64,000 nucleotides of DNA from Paramecium tetraurelia (Eukaryota), in assembly GCA_000165425.1 (NCBI GenBank), contig CT868518.1, positions 374,900-438,899 on the forward strand. The letters are read 5' to 3'. This document shows, piece after piece, positions 32,934 through 51,461 of this stretch. Both the position numbers and the translations under genes were made by a program. The notes beneath the pieces were generated by a model. That model was not told where the DNA came from. It did not search any database and was given only the letters and a program-made list of their open reading frames with translations. How positions within the stretch are numbered: position 1 is the stretch's first letter; every line of letters starts with the position of its first letter.

Positions 32934-33527
32934 AATTTTTTATTGAAGGCAACTAATGATATTCACAAGATTTTAAATTAATATTTGATTTTTTTCACAA
33001 AATTTCATTTTTACTTTTTCACCATTTCTGAGTTAAATAGTTATTCTTGTCTATATAATTAACATATATATTATTATCCTAAAATATAAATAAGTTATGA
33101 TAAAAAAATTCATAAATTGTAAAGATTTTGTTAATTCTTATTCAAAAGAATAAGTAGGATCTTCCTTTATTAGAAAATGAATACCTTTCCTTTAGTTTAT
33201 CTATTATAATGATTATCTTAAAAATGATGTATTATGAATGAAATTTTAGTTTTTAGATTGAGTATATATTATATAAATTTAATACTTTTTATTCTAATAT
33301 TTATTAAAAATTAAGCAAGATTTTAATTGGACTTTTAATATTTAAATATGTTGTGTAGGTTATTCTTAATTTTTACTTTGAAGAAGAATGAATGCCGATC
33401 GGGTAACGGAATAATTTGGGATTAGATCTTTTTTCAGTAATATGTTTTATAATTTAAAAGTATTGTTGAAATAAATGTGGATGTTAATAATTACCAAATA
33501 TTTGAGAACCATATTAATTGATTAATC

Positions 33528-34670
33528 TCAACAGTTGATTTCATGACCATGCGGCTTCAAGAGTTATCTTATGGACATGATAAGAGAATAGCGTAATAAG
33601 AGATTCTCGTATAATTTTTGGACATTTATATTTAAATGGTTATCATAATATATGAGATTGATTTTCAATATTAAGTCTTTAAAGTTGAGCCCCTTGTGCT
33701 TTTTCTAAGAAGATTGATAGCTTAAATGGATGGTTTGGGCTGTTTTTGCTCAACTTTTAGTTTCAGAGTTTTAATAAACCTTTTGGCCATCATGAAGGTG
33801 CAAATTCCATTTTCTTCTGATTTGGTATTTGTTTTGCTTTCTGTTTTTTTGGGGAGATTTTTAGTTACTTCGTAATGTCTTTCTTTTTGAGAATTGAATT
33901 CAGTTTGCTTTCTTCTCATTTCATCAACTTCGTGTTGAAGTCTCATGAATGTGACGATATCTTGACAATCCATGTCGACACAAATTTCCTTGTCTAATTT
34001 ATACTCGTCCAGAATGGCTTTTTCGTTATTAACAAAGTTCTAATTTTGACATAAGCTTCTTAAAAAGTCAATGTCCTTTCTGACTACTGGGTGTCTGGTG
34101 TTCTTCATCGCCTTGACTTTTTGCAGGGCAACTTGCGCTCTTGACTAAATGTGATTCAAATAAGTAATTTACTTAAGAAATTTGAGGGGATTTAAGAATA
34201 GTAGGAGTGTTTAAGGCTTTAAGATTTTAACTTGCCAATTTGTTCTCCTCCTTTTGGCCTTGAGACTTCTTGAGGTCCTCTTATAAGGAGTCATCTTGAC
34301 TAACATCAGAGTCGATTCCGCTGAAACTGCTGGATTCCGAAATATAGAGTTCAAATTCTTTTTCTTTCTTTTTTTTTTATTCGAGTAATTAGTCCATTTG
34401 GTTATCGGGATCACCAGATAGACTATCATCAGAACCTTTGTCTACTTGAATGAGTGTGTTAAAGCGTTCCCTTTCATTGGGGTCTTGGAGCTTTTGAATA
34501 ATTTTTTTCTTCGCATTTTGGAATTAGTATTTACACTTGTCTTATATCGATTTTCTTGATTCTGTTTGTATTCGAGTGCGATGAACGGAGTCTTTGGTCA
34601 CTCTCATTTCATTGCTTATGATGGTTTGGAATTTGTAGGCTCCAAAACCCACTCCTAATTGATTACTCAT
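33528..34670 (-). CDS. Hypothetical protein
   Basis: MSNQLGVGFGAYKFQ..; includes track ORF 33722-33973. 3' frame chosen on plausibility. Confidence 0.6.
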
Positions 34671-34754
34671 GTGAAAATTAAATATGAATGTTGTACGGAT
34701 AAAAGAATTTTATTATTTGGTCAATGATACATTAGTATAAAATTAAAGACAGTT

Positions 34755-36111
34755 TCATTGCGAAGAGGCAAGCTTCTTCTTCTTCGGTTCGTACATCTCC
34801 AGCTGTTCCTTTTGCCAAATGAATTGCCGTTGCTCAACCGGAGTCATCCGAAGTAAAATGTGAGTCTAAATGGGGGGGGGGATATAATAAGCAAATAAAA
34901 TACCCTTCTAGTTTGATGCAACATGGTTTTGCCTTCTGGATTCTCAGCAACAGATTCCTCGTAATTGAGATTCATTTTGTTCCAAGGGTCAGCCTTGTTA
35001 AGGATCAAGAAATAGGCAATGTTATTCTATTTATGGATCAAGGCTTGATACAAGGGAGTCCTTCCTACAATGTCTTGAGAATCTGGATCTGCTCCATATT
35101 TTAATAAGATCTTGGCAGTAGATTCCAAACCTCTCATTGCACACCAATGTAGAGTAGTCATAAGCAAATGATCATATTCGTAAACCAAGTATTTGTTATC
35201 ATCAAGTAATTTAATGATCTCTTGATTTTGACCCTATTTGCACAATTAAAAGAAGTGTTTGGATGCTGAATGTTCAAAGGGTTTAGAAGGGAAGACTTAG
35301 TGAGATAAAAACTCCTTGGTTGTTAATTTGAGTTTCTCCAAATGTCTCAAATATTATATCAAAGAGGCCCTTATGGCTTTGTATTTGTGTTTTAAGGGGA
35401 TGTTCTCAGATGGGAATTTTTGAAAATTGAGGAGTCCTCTTATTTACTTACTTCCATAGAGTTTGTTCTTGTATAGAAATGGTATTTACATTGAAATCAT
35501 CAATTTCAGAGCAATCTCTATATTTGGAGAGTTGCTTTTAACTAGTAAATTGACGAGCGGAGGGTTGCTAGGATTGTGGCTATTTGGAGAGATTTTCAGA
35601 TTTGAGATCGGTGATGTCACTTATGAGTTGAAATTTGGGATCTATAGTTAATGAATGGAACTTTGTAGTGGTTTGATTTGGACGATAGGTTTACGACGCG
35701 ATGATTTAGGACTTTTTGGAGAGAATTATTGGGATTTTTTTATTCAATTTGACTAAAAATCTTTATGGTTTATGATTTAATTGTAATTTTTTGGTTTAGG
35801 TATTCTGAGAGACAGAAGGGGTATTGGTTTTGGTGGTGCTTTTGCAATAATAATTATTGGAAGTGGAAAGAGTGGGGATTTGTATTACTTGGGTGTGAGT
35901 GAAGGGGATATCGCATAATAATTGACTCAGCAAGATGGGATAATTCTAAACATCTTGGTGTTTGGGCTGGAGTGACTTAAATTTGATTTTCCTTGGAGTC
36001 GTTGGTGCTGATGCGTGGATCTTGTCAAGGTTCAAGAGTCGTATGTAATTTGTTTTGGTGAATCTACTTAAGTGGATATGAATACTAGTTTTCAGTCTTG
36101 TTTCTTTTCAT
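34755..36111 (-). CDS. Ankyrin-repeat protein with S/P-rich N-terminus
   Basis: TTLHWCAMRGLESTAKILLKYGADPDSQDIVGRTPLYQALIHKQNNIAYFLILNKADP. Confidence 0.85.
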
Positions 36112-36133
36112 AAAATATTAATATATAATAATA

Positions 36134-37180
36134 ATGATGGATAAGGACATTGATGTGGACAAGGTTTATTTATATTTGCATCATAGATCCTAGAGAAATT
36201 GTTGGAAACCAAAGGAGCTCGTAGTGGAAAACCAGTAAATCTAACTGAGAGTGAAATCAGATCATTATGTGTTAGAAGTAGAGAGATTTTCTTAACACAA
36301 CCGATGTTACTAGAATTGGAAGCACCAATTAAAATATGCGGTAAAACACTCTCCTTATATCAAGGTGATATTCATGGACAATACACAGATTTGTTGAGAT
36401 TATTTGAATATGGGGGATACCCACCTGAAGCGAATTATTTATTTTTAGGAGATTATGTTGATAGGGGCAGACAATCTTTAGAAACTATCTGTTTACTACT
36501 TGCTTATAAGATTAAATTTCCTGAGAATTTCTTCCTGCTTAGAGGAAATCATGAATGCTCTTAAATAAATCGTATATACGGATTCTACGACGAATGCAAA
36601 AGAAGATACAACATCAAATTTGTGAAAACCTTCACGGATTGTTTCAACTGTTTACCTGTGTGTGCAGTCATCGATGAAAAGATAATTTGCATGCATGGAG
36701 GGTTGTCTCCCGAATTGTCTAAATTTAGAATAAATCCATAGGATAATGAGACCCATTGAAGTTCCAGACACAGGGTTGTTATGTGATTTGTTGTGGTCAG
36801 ATCCTGAGAAAGATTCATAGGGATGGCAAGGTTACTTAAATAATCTCCTATTTTAGACAATGAGAGGGGTGTTTCATACATCTTTGGACAAGATGTCATA
36901 TCTAATTTCTTGAAGAAAAATGACTTGGATCTAATTTGTAGAGCTCATCAAGTGGTTGAAGAAGGATACGAATTCTTCGCTAAAAGACAATTAGTAACAC
37001 TCTTCTCAGCCCCCAATTACTGTGGAGAGTTTGACAACTCAGGTTTAACATAGTTCAATCATTTTAGGTGCACTCATGAGTGTCGATGAAACTTTGATGT
37101 GCTCCTTTTAAATACTAAAATCGCAAGATAAAAAAAATGTTCCATAAGCCAGACCCAGAACACCGAAATACGTTAATTGA
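36134..37180 (+). CDS. PP1: Ser/Thr protein phosphatase 1 catalytic subunit (apparent +1 frameshift at ~36724)
   Basis: [72 protein letters not shown]-terminal RPRTPK. Confidence 0.93.
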
Positions 37181-37437
37181 TATATATATATATCTGAAAA
37201 TTATTTAATGCAATTCATTCTCCTTGTTGAGTTTTTAATAGAGTTTAATATGGTTGATAAGAGAATGTAATCAGAATGCAATTTGAAATGTTTATTCAAC
37301 AGTTAGAAACATGGTCTCATTTGCTATTTAATTCACTAGTATGGTTTAATTCATTTTTGAATAAGAACTTCGATTAGAATGGTAAGGTGGTTTCTTAAAT
37401 ATAACGATTATGATAAATAATATTAATAATAATTTAG

Positions 37438-37706
37438 ATGGACACACCGCCATAAAACAATTCAAAATATAATGTGGATGATGATTTCAGACATGATGTT
37501 TGCCAAAGAATCTATACTAAGGCAGGAAGTATAATCCCAAACAATAAATAGAAATGACTCATGGTCAAAACTAATAGGCCAAATCGTTTTCAGAAAAGGA
37601 TCAACTCTAAAAGATGCAAAAAGATTTAAGGGATAAATTGAAATACATCGAAGAAACCAATTGGATGTTTGAAGGGTTAAATAATAATGTCAATGATAAT
37701 TTTTGA
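37438..37706 (+). CDS. 81-aa protein, APC16/Apc9-like (tentative)
   Basis: ATG 37438, 23-nt intron 37529-37551, TGA 37704-37706; C-terminal LRDKLKYIEETNWMFE. Confidence 0.6.
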
Positions 37707-38096
37707 ATTATTAATCATTGTTAATCCTACTCTATACATATAGAATGTTATTTATCAATATTATTTAGTATATATACTCTAAAATTAAACACTCTTTGCA
37801 AACCAAATAGAAATGAAATTCTGTCGCAATGAATGTCTTTTTGGGCAATTGTAGATTTCTAGAAAAATCGATTATATTTTAAGAGAAATTAATCGAAAAA
37901 AATCCGTTAATTGATTAGCGATCATTTCTAAGGATGCTTATAAAGTTGGAATTAAAATCTAAGAATTTCATTTAATTTTGATAAATTAAATATTGGTATT
38001 ATATTGCTATGAGAGTGTAAGGAATAATATGAAATAGATTATAAGTTATATATTATAGTAATTAAAAGAAGTTACATTGAATAATTTATATTTTTA

Positions 38097-41000
38097 ATGG
38101 ACTCATTATAAATACAGAAGTAGCTTATGGTTGATTAATTGAATAAGTTGGAATACATGGATAAAATCCTTCCTTTGCACAAGGACGAAGTATAGGCAGA
38201 GAAGAAACTGTAAGTTCAGATCAATAGTCTAAATTTCAAAAGAATAATAGAAGGGCAGGAGAATAATAAATTGATGGCAGAAATAGAAGAGTCGAAGTTA
38301 GATGTTCAAAAGAATCGACAGAAGGCCTTTCAGAAATACTTTACTTCATTCATGACAGAGAAACAGCAACAAGATGTTAATATCCTTGAATTCAACCAAA
38401 GTGATTTCGAAGTTTTTCAATAATTGAAGGAGAAACAAAGACAACTGGCATAGGAAGATCTGACCATAGCTCGGCAGAAGGAGAAAAGCAACCAGATATT
38501 TGAATAGAACCTTATGAAGAAATGGGATAGAGTGAGGAAAAGTAGTATATTGAATTATTCTAAGAATTGCGTATGATTGGCAGAATGAAACGATTATATG
38601 ACGAAGTAAAATTGTATGGTACAAGCTGTAGAGTGGAGACTTCGATAAAACGACACGAAGTTATTCAGGAACTGGAATAAATGCTCAACAAACAGAATTA
38701 GCAAATAAGCAAGCCTATGCCACAGAAACACAGTAATATTATAGTATATGAGCATATTAGAGCATCTTTTCTTACCAGATTCGAAGTTCAAGAAATATTG
38801 GCAATATGTTCTGATGATATTATTGATTTACACTGCCTTTATCACTCCAATTCGATTGGCATTCATAGAGGAATTCAACGTTGTTTGGTTTACTTTGGAA
38901 TTAACAGTAGACATGCTATTTTTTTTGGATATCTTAATTACTTTTAACACAGCATATTTCAATGAGGAAGGAGTCCTTATAGTTGATCGTCAACAAATAG
39001 CAATTTAGTATCTGAGAACTTGGTTCATATTCGATTTGATGGCTGTATTCCCAACTGATCAAATCTTTTAGAATGAGGCTCAAAAGTTATCGCAGTATTT
39101 CAAGTATGAATATGAATCAAAGGCAATATAATAGATTGACAAGACTGCCTCGAATGTATAAATTGATAAGTATCAGCAGAATGTGGTCAACTGTTTAGAA
39201 TTCTCAGAATCATAATGATTGCTTTTCAGCTATTCAAGACCTTATAAATTTGAATTCAACAACTGTGAGAGTACTCAAATTTTTTGGAACTGTCCTTGTT
39301 TGTGTGCATATAATGGGTTGTCTTTGGTATTTGGTTGCAAAATTGAATAAATTTGGACCAAACACTTGGGTATATGAATTGGATTTGCTCAGTAAAAGTG
39401 AATATGAATTGTACTTAACTTCCATCTATTGGGCAGTAGCAACTATATGTACAGTGGGCTTTGGAGATATCCACGCCTTCAATGATAGTAAAGTATTAAT
39501 TATACATAGCTGAAAGAATTGTGTGCATATTTTGGATGTTCTTCGGAGTTGGTTTCTATTCATTTACTGTTGGTTCCCTCTCCACTCTGATGGGAACTTT
39601 GGACACAAGAGAATCTCATCTCCAAAGCAAGATCACTTTTATGGATGAGTTCTGCGAAGAAACCAAATTGTCATTGTAGATGAAACACAAAATCAGGAAG
39701 GTCTTGGAATACAATTCAATGATTAACATATTCTCCTCTGCTGAAGTGGATGAGTTCCTATCTGAAATACCTACCAATCTCAAATATCAGATTGCCTAGG
39801 CCATGTATGCTGGTCTCAAAAATAGAGTCTCCTTCTTCAAGAACAAGGATTCAGTCTTCATCTCCACTCTCATTCCTAAATTATAGCCATTAAAAATAAA
39901 TGCTGGAGAATTTGTTTACAATAAGGGAGAATACCCTAATTAAGTTTATTTCATTGTGAATGGCAGAGTCAATATGGTTATTGGAGTCTATTCAATCACA
40001 TTTAAAACATATGTAACAGGTAGTTATTTTGGGGAAATTGAAATATTTGATAACAGTGCACGCTTTCATTCAGCCAGAGCTGAGTTGGAATGTGAATTGT
40101 TGGCCATAGAATAGGATGTATTTAAAAAAATATTGCAAGCATTTCCAGAATATTTTGAAGAAATTAAGGCCATTTCGCTAGAAAAGTTAAAGAGAGAAAA
40201 AGAGGCCATTGAAAAATTATAGGATTTAACTGGATTATCACAAACCTCTGAATTTTTTAATAAGAAAAGGACTCAATCTATTTACAAATCAATTAAGTAG
40301 AGAGAATCAGTACACTTCATAGATTATAGTGAAGAATCAGAATAAGAATTGAAATCAATGAAATCCAGCAAGTTTGGCTTCTTCAAAAAGAAAACCAATC
40401 ATTTAATACCTGAAGATACTACTAGATTACATACATAAGAGGATACATCCCAAAAGAATCTTATTGTTTCGGATAGTAGTCAAAAAAAGAGTGAAGAACT
40501 AGGCAAAGTAATCACATTATCAATTCCAGATTAAGTGAAAAGAGATAGTGAACATAAAATTAAACTGTATGGTGAAGTTCCTCCTGCTATTTCTTAATTC
40601 AATGAAGATCTAGATTAGAATCAAAATGAAAAAGTTAATCTGAGAATCTAAAGTGAAGAACCTAACCGTGCTCCTCAAACTAAACAAGTCAGATATATAA
40701 GTCAGAATCTCAGATGTAGTCCCAAGAGATAGGAACACAGAAAACCATCCATTTAGATCACATCCCCTAATGAGAATCCAGGTTCTGATACCCCCTTAAT
40801 CTCTTCTGTAAGATCTAATTTCATTAAACCTTCCATTAAAATTGATGAAGCCTCGTATGAATCAGAAGGGTCTAATAAAAACTCCCCTAATATGTCCATA
40901 CATCCTCATAATGCATTCTATAATGCTTAGTCTCCTCAAAATTCGCCAAGAAGAAGTTAGAACTTTTCAAAATTCCCTTTTCCTTTTTAGAAACAACCGT

Positions 41001-41362
41001 CAATCTTCAAAAGTGCTAGTAATCAATACATAGAAGCAAGTAAACTCAAGAATTTACCTAGATTGAGTGGATTTAGAAGAACGTATAGAAAAGAAAGAGA
41101 AATTGAAGTGTTGGAGGAGACTATTGAAAATGAGGATTACACTTAATTGCAATAAAAGTTAGTGGAGTTATTGGAGAAGATAAAGAAATAAAAAGAGCAA
41201 TAAAAAGTCAAAAAATAATAAATCAAATTCAACATTATAAATCCATTGCCTAAAAAGATTGTTTTGGAATAAAAAGATTCTATGAGTATTCCAGATCTAC
41301 CAGATGTTGAAAAATAATAATTATCTTAATAAGATAGTAATAGTAGCGGTATATTAGAATGA
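38097..41362 (+). CDS. Voltage-gated K+ channel with cyclic-nucleotide-binding domain (EAG/KCNH-like)
   Basis: YLRTWFIFDL, S4 LTRLPRMYKL, pore SIYWAVATICTVGFGDI, CNBD GEFVYNKGEYP..GSYFGEIEI..RFHSARA. Confidence 0.92.
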
Positions 41363-41377
41363 TATCACATTGATTTT

Positions 41378-43385
<2,008 letters not shown>

Positions 43386-43404
43386 TCAAAAATTAAATTA
43401 ACTG

Positions 43405-45994
<2,590 letters not shown>

Positions 45995-46442
45995 AGTATT
46001 TCATGCACACAACTTTTTTTATGAAGAATTTATATAATATTCTATTTGTTATAGCTTAGAAAATATAGAACACACAATTTAATCCATTATTGTAATAATT
46101 CAAATGTGTTACAATAAAGCGTAAATATAGGTGTTTATTTGAAATTAAGATTTCCTACTGATTCTAATAATTAGAGTTAAACTAGAGATTTTCTAACTAT
46201 TTGATTTAAACTAAATTTAATACTAAAAATAACATAATTTTAATACAAAAAATCTTTATCTCATATCTTTACGTATACAATAATAAATATGGACATAATG
46301 AATAAATAAATCTTTACAAGATGAATGATATATTTAAAATTTTCTGATTTCTATATTTATATTTCAGCTTTCAACCATTTTTAATTAAAAAAGAGATAAA
46401 TAATTTACAAATAATAAGGTTAAATAAATTCTAATGATCACT

Positions 46443-47934
46443 TCATTTGATGTATTTCTGAACCAATTCAGAACAATCCAATTTTTATATCTACTTTACT
46501 AGGAAATCTTTTGAAACATTTTGTTTTATTTTAGTAATATCATTTTATAGTTCTTAGTATAAACTTTTTTTCAAAAATATACTTCGGCTAACATCCCTTA
46601 GGATTTCCTTCTTCTCTTTTATTTATATCTAAACCACGCTACCTGATCTTTATTTTTCCAGAACTTTTTTGACTTTTTCTATCTATTAGAATTTTGCCTT
46701 TTCCAAGTTCACTAAACTTCGAGATTTTGTATTCTTATTCAATTGAGGCTATAATAATCGAGTTAACTTTTTATCTTAAATGTTTTCCTCTAGGGAAGAA
46801 CAATGTTCCTGTCTTTCTCTTTCGATTGATTATCTGATATTCATTCGTTTCTTTATATTTGATGTTTATGTTAGGGAAGTTTAAGAATTTTAATTTTTGG
46901 AGTTTTTAAGGAATCTATTTTGTTTTTCGATATACTTCTCAAGGTATTTTTGTGTGTCTTCAATTTTCGATTGGGATTGGTTTAATAAAATACAAGTCTT
47001 TTAATTATCATATTGACCTATCCTATTGGCATGTGACTTATTTAATTTTTATTCAATTTTTTTGTAAAGTTGATTACATTATTCTAGTTCTTATTATTTT
47101 AACTATTTAATTCTGTCATTGACTTATTTTTATTTTACACCATCTTTATATTCTTTTTCTTTCTACTTAATTTTACTTTAACTCAATCCCCTAGGAAAAT
47201 CTTCTGACCTAAGTAAATGAGTATATTTACTCTAGCATTTCTCTTTCTAGTATCTCCCTCTATTTTTAGAATGCCTTTTCTTATTATTCTAGAATTAGTT
47301 CCTAATGTTTTTTTGCTATCAACTCAGTTTTTTTGTTGAACGAATGTGCCCTATCACTTACAGTTTTCAGAGTTTTTTATTTAAGCTTTTCAATTCTTCT
47401 CTTTTCTTCTTCCTTCTATTTTTGTTCATTAATCTGCTTTAATTCTTCTTCAACCAATTCTTTGATTTTATTTTTCATCATCACTTCATTCCTATCCCTT
47501 TTTAGTTGTTGTAATTCAATTTTTTTATCCAATTAGGAAATTGCATTTTCAATATTTAAATTAAGAAGAGAATCAGTTTGTGTATAATATCTTGTCATTT
47601 ATTGATCTAGCTTTTAAGATTCTAATTCCTCTTTCTTAATTTTATTTCTCTCTTTAATTAAAAACTTTCTTCGATGTGCTATTTGATGTAAATGAAACAA
47701 GAATCTTTATTCTGTTATAAAATCTTCCTCTTCTGGAAGTTAGAAAGTTTAATACTTTTTTTAAACAAGTTCTTCTTCCCTCATATTCAAATTCAACATT
47801 GCCTATTGGATTTTTGGTGAGTTGAAATTTAGATCTATACTTAGTAAGAATTGCACATCAAAAGTCAATTTTAACTCCATCTATTCAAGCCTAGGTTAAG
47901 TCAATGCTAGAGGGTCATCACTAATAAGTAACAT
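46443..47934 (-). CDS. Hypothetical coiled-coil protein
   Basis: MLLISDDPLALTQPRLEQ..IDLNFNSPKIQQAMLNLNM; long K/E/Q-rich region; ends LVQKYIK-TGA. Confidence 0.65.
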
Positions 47935-48635
47935 TTTATTTATTAAATAATATATTTAAAATGATAAATAGTCACATCAATCCAAAGTTTTCTTAGATTT
48001 GATCGAACCAATGTATCCAGAAACTGATTAATTATATTCCCTTTGGAGATCAGAATAATAATTATGTCTTAGTATTACTTGATTCCATAAGTTCTTAAGA
48101 ATAGGAGAAAAGTTAGTTAAATTTTGATATCCTTTTTTTATGTTAAAATGTGACTACCTAATTAAAATTCAGATTATCAAGTTTATAAGGAATAAGGATA
48201 GGGGAGCTTCTTATTTTAAATTAATCTCTATAAAGACATAAAAAAAAGATACGATTCGATATAAAAATAACTTAATAGTTATAAATACATTTATATTATT
48301 TATTCAAATAACAACAATTATAATAAACTGTTGGATCTAATAAATTAAAAAAGAAACAAATCAACTGTTATATAGTAATTAGTTGATTTAAAAGTAAACA
48401 ATACATTTAACTTTGCTTTTAGGTGATGGTTTTGTATAAAGGTTATTTTCTATTTGATGGATCAATTAGAATTTGAAATAGATTATCCTTCAAATTATAG
48501 TTAGTTCAAAATGATAGGTTCCGCTTAACATCATACTTAGCAGATAATTTGATTAGTCATTAATTAAACTTATCTTATTAATGGATAATTGAAAGAATTT
48601 CCTTATTTATAATAATAATAAACTTATAAAATAAT

Positions 48636-50012
48636 TCACACAACATTAATCCATTTATGGGGTTTGTTTCCAGTCTATAGAAATATTATTAATAAAGTAC
48701 TTGAATCTCAGTGATCATATCAAACAACTAGTGAGACAACTCACCAGCATTTAACTTAGGATCATACTTAACTTCATAGATTTTATCATTATATCCAATA
48801 GCTTCGATTGGCTGAATACTGACAGCAGTACCTGATCCAAACATTTCAATCATCTAGATATATGGATATTTATGTTACTCTTCCTTCACTTATTGCTTCG
48901 ATAACTTCTTAGATGTACACTTTCTTTTCTATAACTTTGAATTATTTCATGTCTCTGGTTAATTCCTGAATTTAAATTAGATATAATACTAGTAATGAGT
49001 CTCTGACAATTCCTGGCAATATGGTACCATCAAGTTAAGGTGTAACCAATTCTCTTTCTCCTTGCTTATTTTTCCAGAAGAAAAACAAATTACAAACTCC
49101 CATCTCTTAAACCAATCCATCTGGTAACATCCACAAATTTTAATGGAATCCAATTTATTAGACCTCTTTCAAAGGCATGACGGTGGGTGCATAATTACCT
49201 GCAACTTTATATCCTCCAACACCTCCTGGAGCTGAACGAATCTATATTATACAATCAAATTGTTACTGTTGTGGTGTTACAAAACACTCTAACTGGTTTG
49301 AGTCCAGATGGAAAATATGGACCAACGGGACATAAAACAACAAACAATTTTGCTCTGCTTGATGCTCTAACACCTAAAGCTTCTTCTGTTGCTATGATTG
49401 TTGGTCTGATGTAGCAACTAAATCCTGGTCTGTCAGGAATCCAATCCTGATCCACTTTCAATAAACCTTCAATGCATTTTTATAATTCAGCTCCATCAAA
49501 GTCAGGTAATGAGAGTCTCTTTGCTGATTGTTTCATCCTGTACATGTTACAATCTAATCTAAAAGTTCTGATAGTTTTGTTTGGTCCTTTGTATGCCTAA
49601 TAATAATCTGATTTAGTAAATACTTTAGCTCCTTCAAAACATTCGATGGCATAATGTAAGCAAGCAGCAAATGGATGAATGGAGAAACTTTTGAAAGGAA
49701 TAATTTATGGACGTGACCAACTAACCATAATATTGATTTGATTACCCCATTTTTTCAGTCCAATCGATTTCTAACATATGATCAGTGTGAAATGCTCCGA
49801 ATGTCATTATTTTAGGATCGCAAGGTGGTTTAGTTATGTAATGCATGGTGTGAGTGGTGGTCATATCTCTGGCCTTGAAATTAGGATTTTGATAATTACT
49901 TGGAATGACGGATATGGACTAGTGAGGTCTAGATTTTTGTAATAGGAAAATCGGAAGAATAACTGTCATATAAATGATATGATAATACCTTTTGAACTTT
50001 TGACACACTCAT
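48636..50012 (-). CDS. BCAT: Branched-chain amino acid aminotransferase (PLP class IV), probably mitochondrial
   Basis: FGAFHTDHML, LHYAIECFEGAK, YIRPTII, GGYKVAGNYAPT, EMGVCNLFF, ILPGIVRDS, EMFGSGTAVSIQPI; several small introns. Confidence 0.93.
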
Positions 50013-50246
50013 GGACCGTAAAATAAATATTTAAATAATTTGATATCTATATTAAGCAATTACGCATTATGATAATACTAATTAATTCAATAATTACGCG
50101 ATTAATATTTTCATTTGAATGTTATTCATTGACACAATTCCGATAACATGTGAAATATTAGCCCTTGCGATATGTTAATGTCTATATATAGAATAATAGA
50201 TTGATTAATTAGATTAAAATTTTACTAAATAATTAATTTATACTAA

Positions 50247-51422
50247 ATGCAAAATTACATTAATTCTTCTCTCCTGGCTCAGAGACAACTGATCAAATAT
50301 ATTGAAATGAAGAAGAGTCCATTCTCTTCACTCTATGTCAAATTTGCAGAAGTCAGAGTTCTGAATGAGTTTCAAAGATTCATGGAAGTTAGTAAAACAC
50401 TCTCCCAATTATTTGACTGCCAACCTTCCGATCTCCAATATGCAATCGCCTATATCAAACACTCTGAGAATAAAAATGTAGGTTCACAATACCAAAATTT
50501 AAAGTGGGAGGACTTGGTTTCTGAACCTGAAAATTACATAATACTAGATAGGTTGGACAGCATTTGGATGTTCATGCAATATCTCAAACTGAAAGATGAG
50601 CTTATACACTTCTCGATTAGGTTTAAAGAGTCTGAATTCGGATTGTTTATGAGTTAACTTGATATTTTGAAAAGCATTTTCAAGAAGGATATTGAAGTCA
50701 AAATAATTGAGAAATAGGGAGATAGTGACACTAAATTACACTAGATGAGAAGATAGTATAAGGAAAGGAAGAAAACACAGAGAGGGTAGATTAATGAGAA
50801 GAAGGATATGCAGAAGTATCAAGATCAATTGGATACTAAAGAGAATTCTTTAAGATTGGATCATACATCTTCTTAAGATTCCACCATAATCAACTTGATT
50901 GAGAATTCTAATATTAATAGTATGATCTCTCAAAAGAACAAAGTTTACCAATAATTTGGGAGTACATTCATTGGAGATCAAGAATTCAAACAACTATTTA
51001 AAAAGTCTTATTTATGTTAATCAGAATATGAGATAGAAAATAGGGATGATGTGATTATCTTTGATTCAACTATGGGCAATAAAGTAGAATTAGGATAATG
51101 TATATTGGATGTCTCTTTGAAGTAGGCTATCGTAAATGAAGAATACAAAAAATACTATCTTGAAATGGCCAGAGGCAAGAATGCTATTAAAATTTACTAT
51201 ATAGATTTGATAGGCAAATCTTACACAGAATTTAGTAAGAATCTAGTGTTCTACACTAATATCGACGTGGCCTTGAAGGAATTCAAAGGGTGTCAAGACT
51301 CCTATTTGATTCAATTTGAAACTTGTTCTGAGTTTTAATTTACACAAATGAGCAATCAGTAAGTGAAATTGTAACAGAGCAATCGAGTGATACCTTTGAT
51401 CATAATAACTAATTAGATTTGA
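50247..51422 (+). CDS. Hypothetical protein
   Basis: Track ORF 50247-50657 continues through TAA/TAG=Gln to TGA 51420-51422; no family recognised. Confidence 0.7.
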
Positions 51423-51461
51423 TAATAGATTTTTGTATTAAATTAATTAATAATTTAACAG

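Noticed and set aside
36721..36727. AAATTTA resembles a retroviral -1 slippery heptamer at the PP1 frameshift
   Set aside because: Wrong phase and direction (+1 needed); Euplotes-type +1 shifting needs AAA followed by a stop, absent here.
47961..48260. Possible small + strand gene next to the coiled-coil gene
   Set aside because: Needs two assumed introns and yields no recognisable product.
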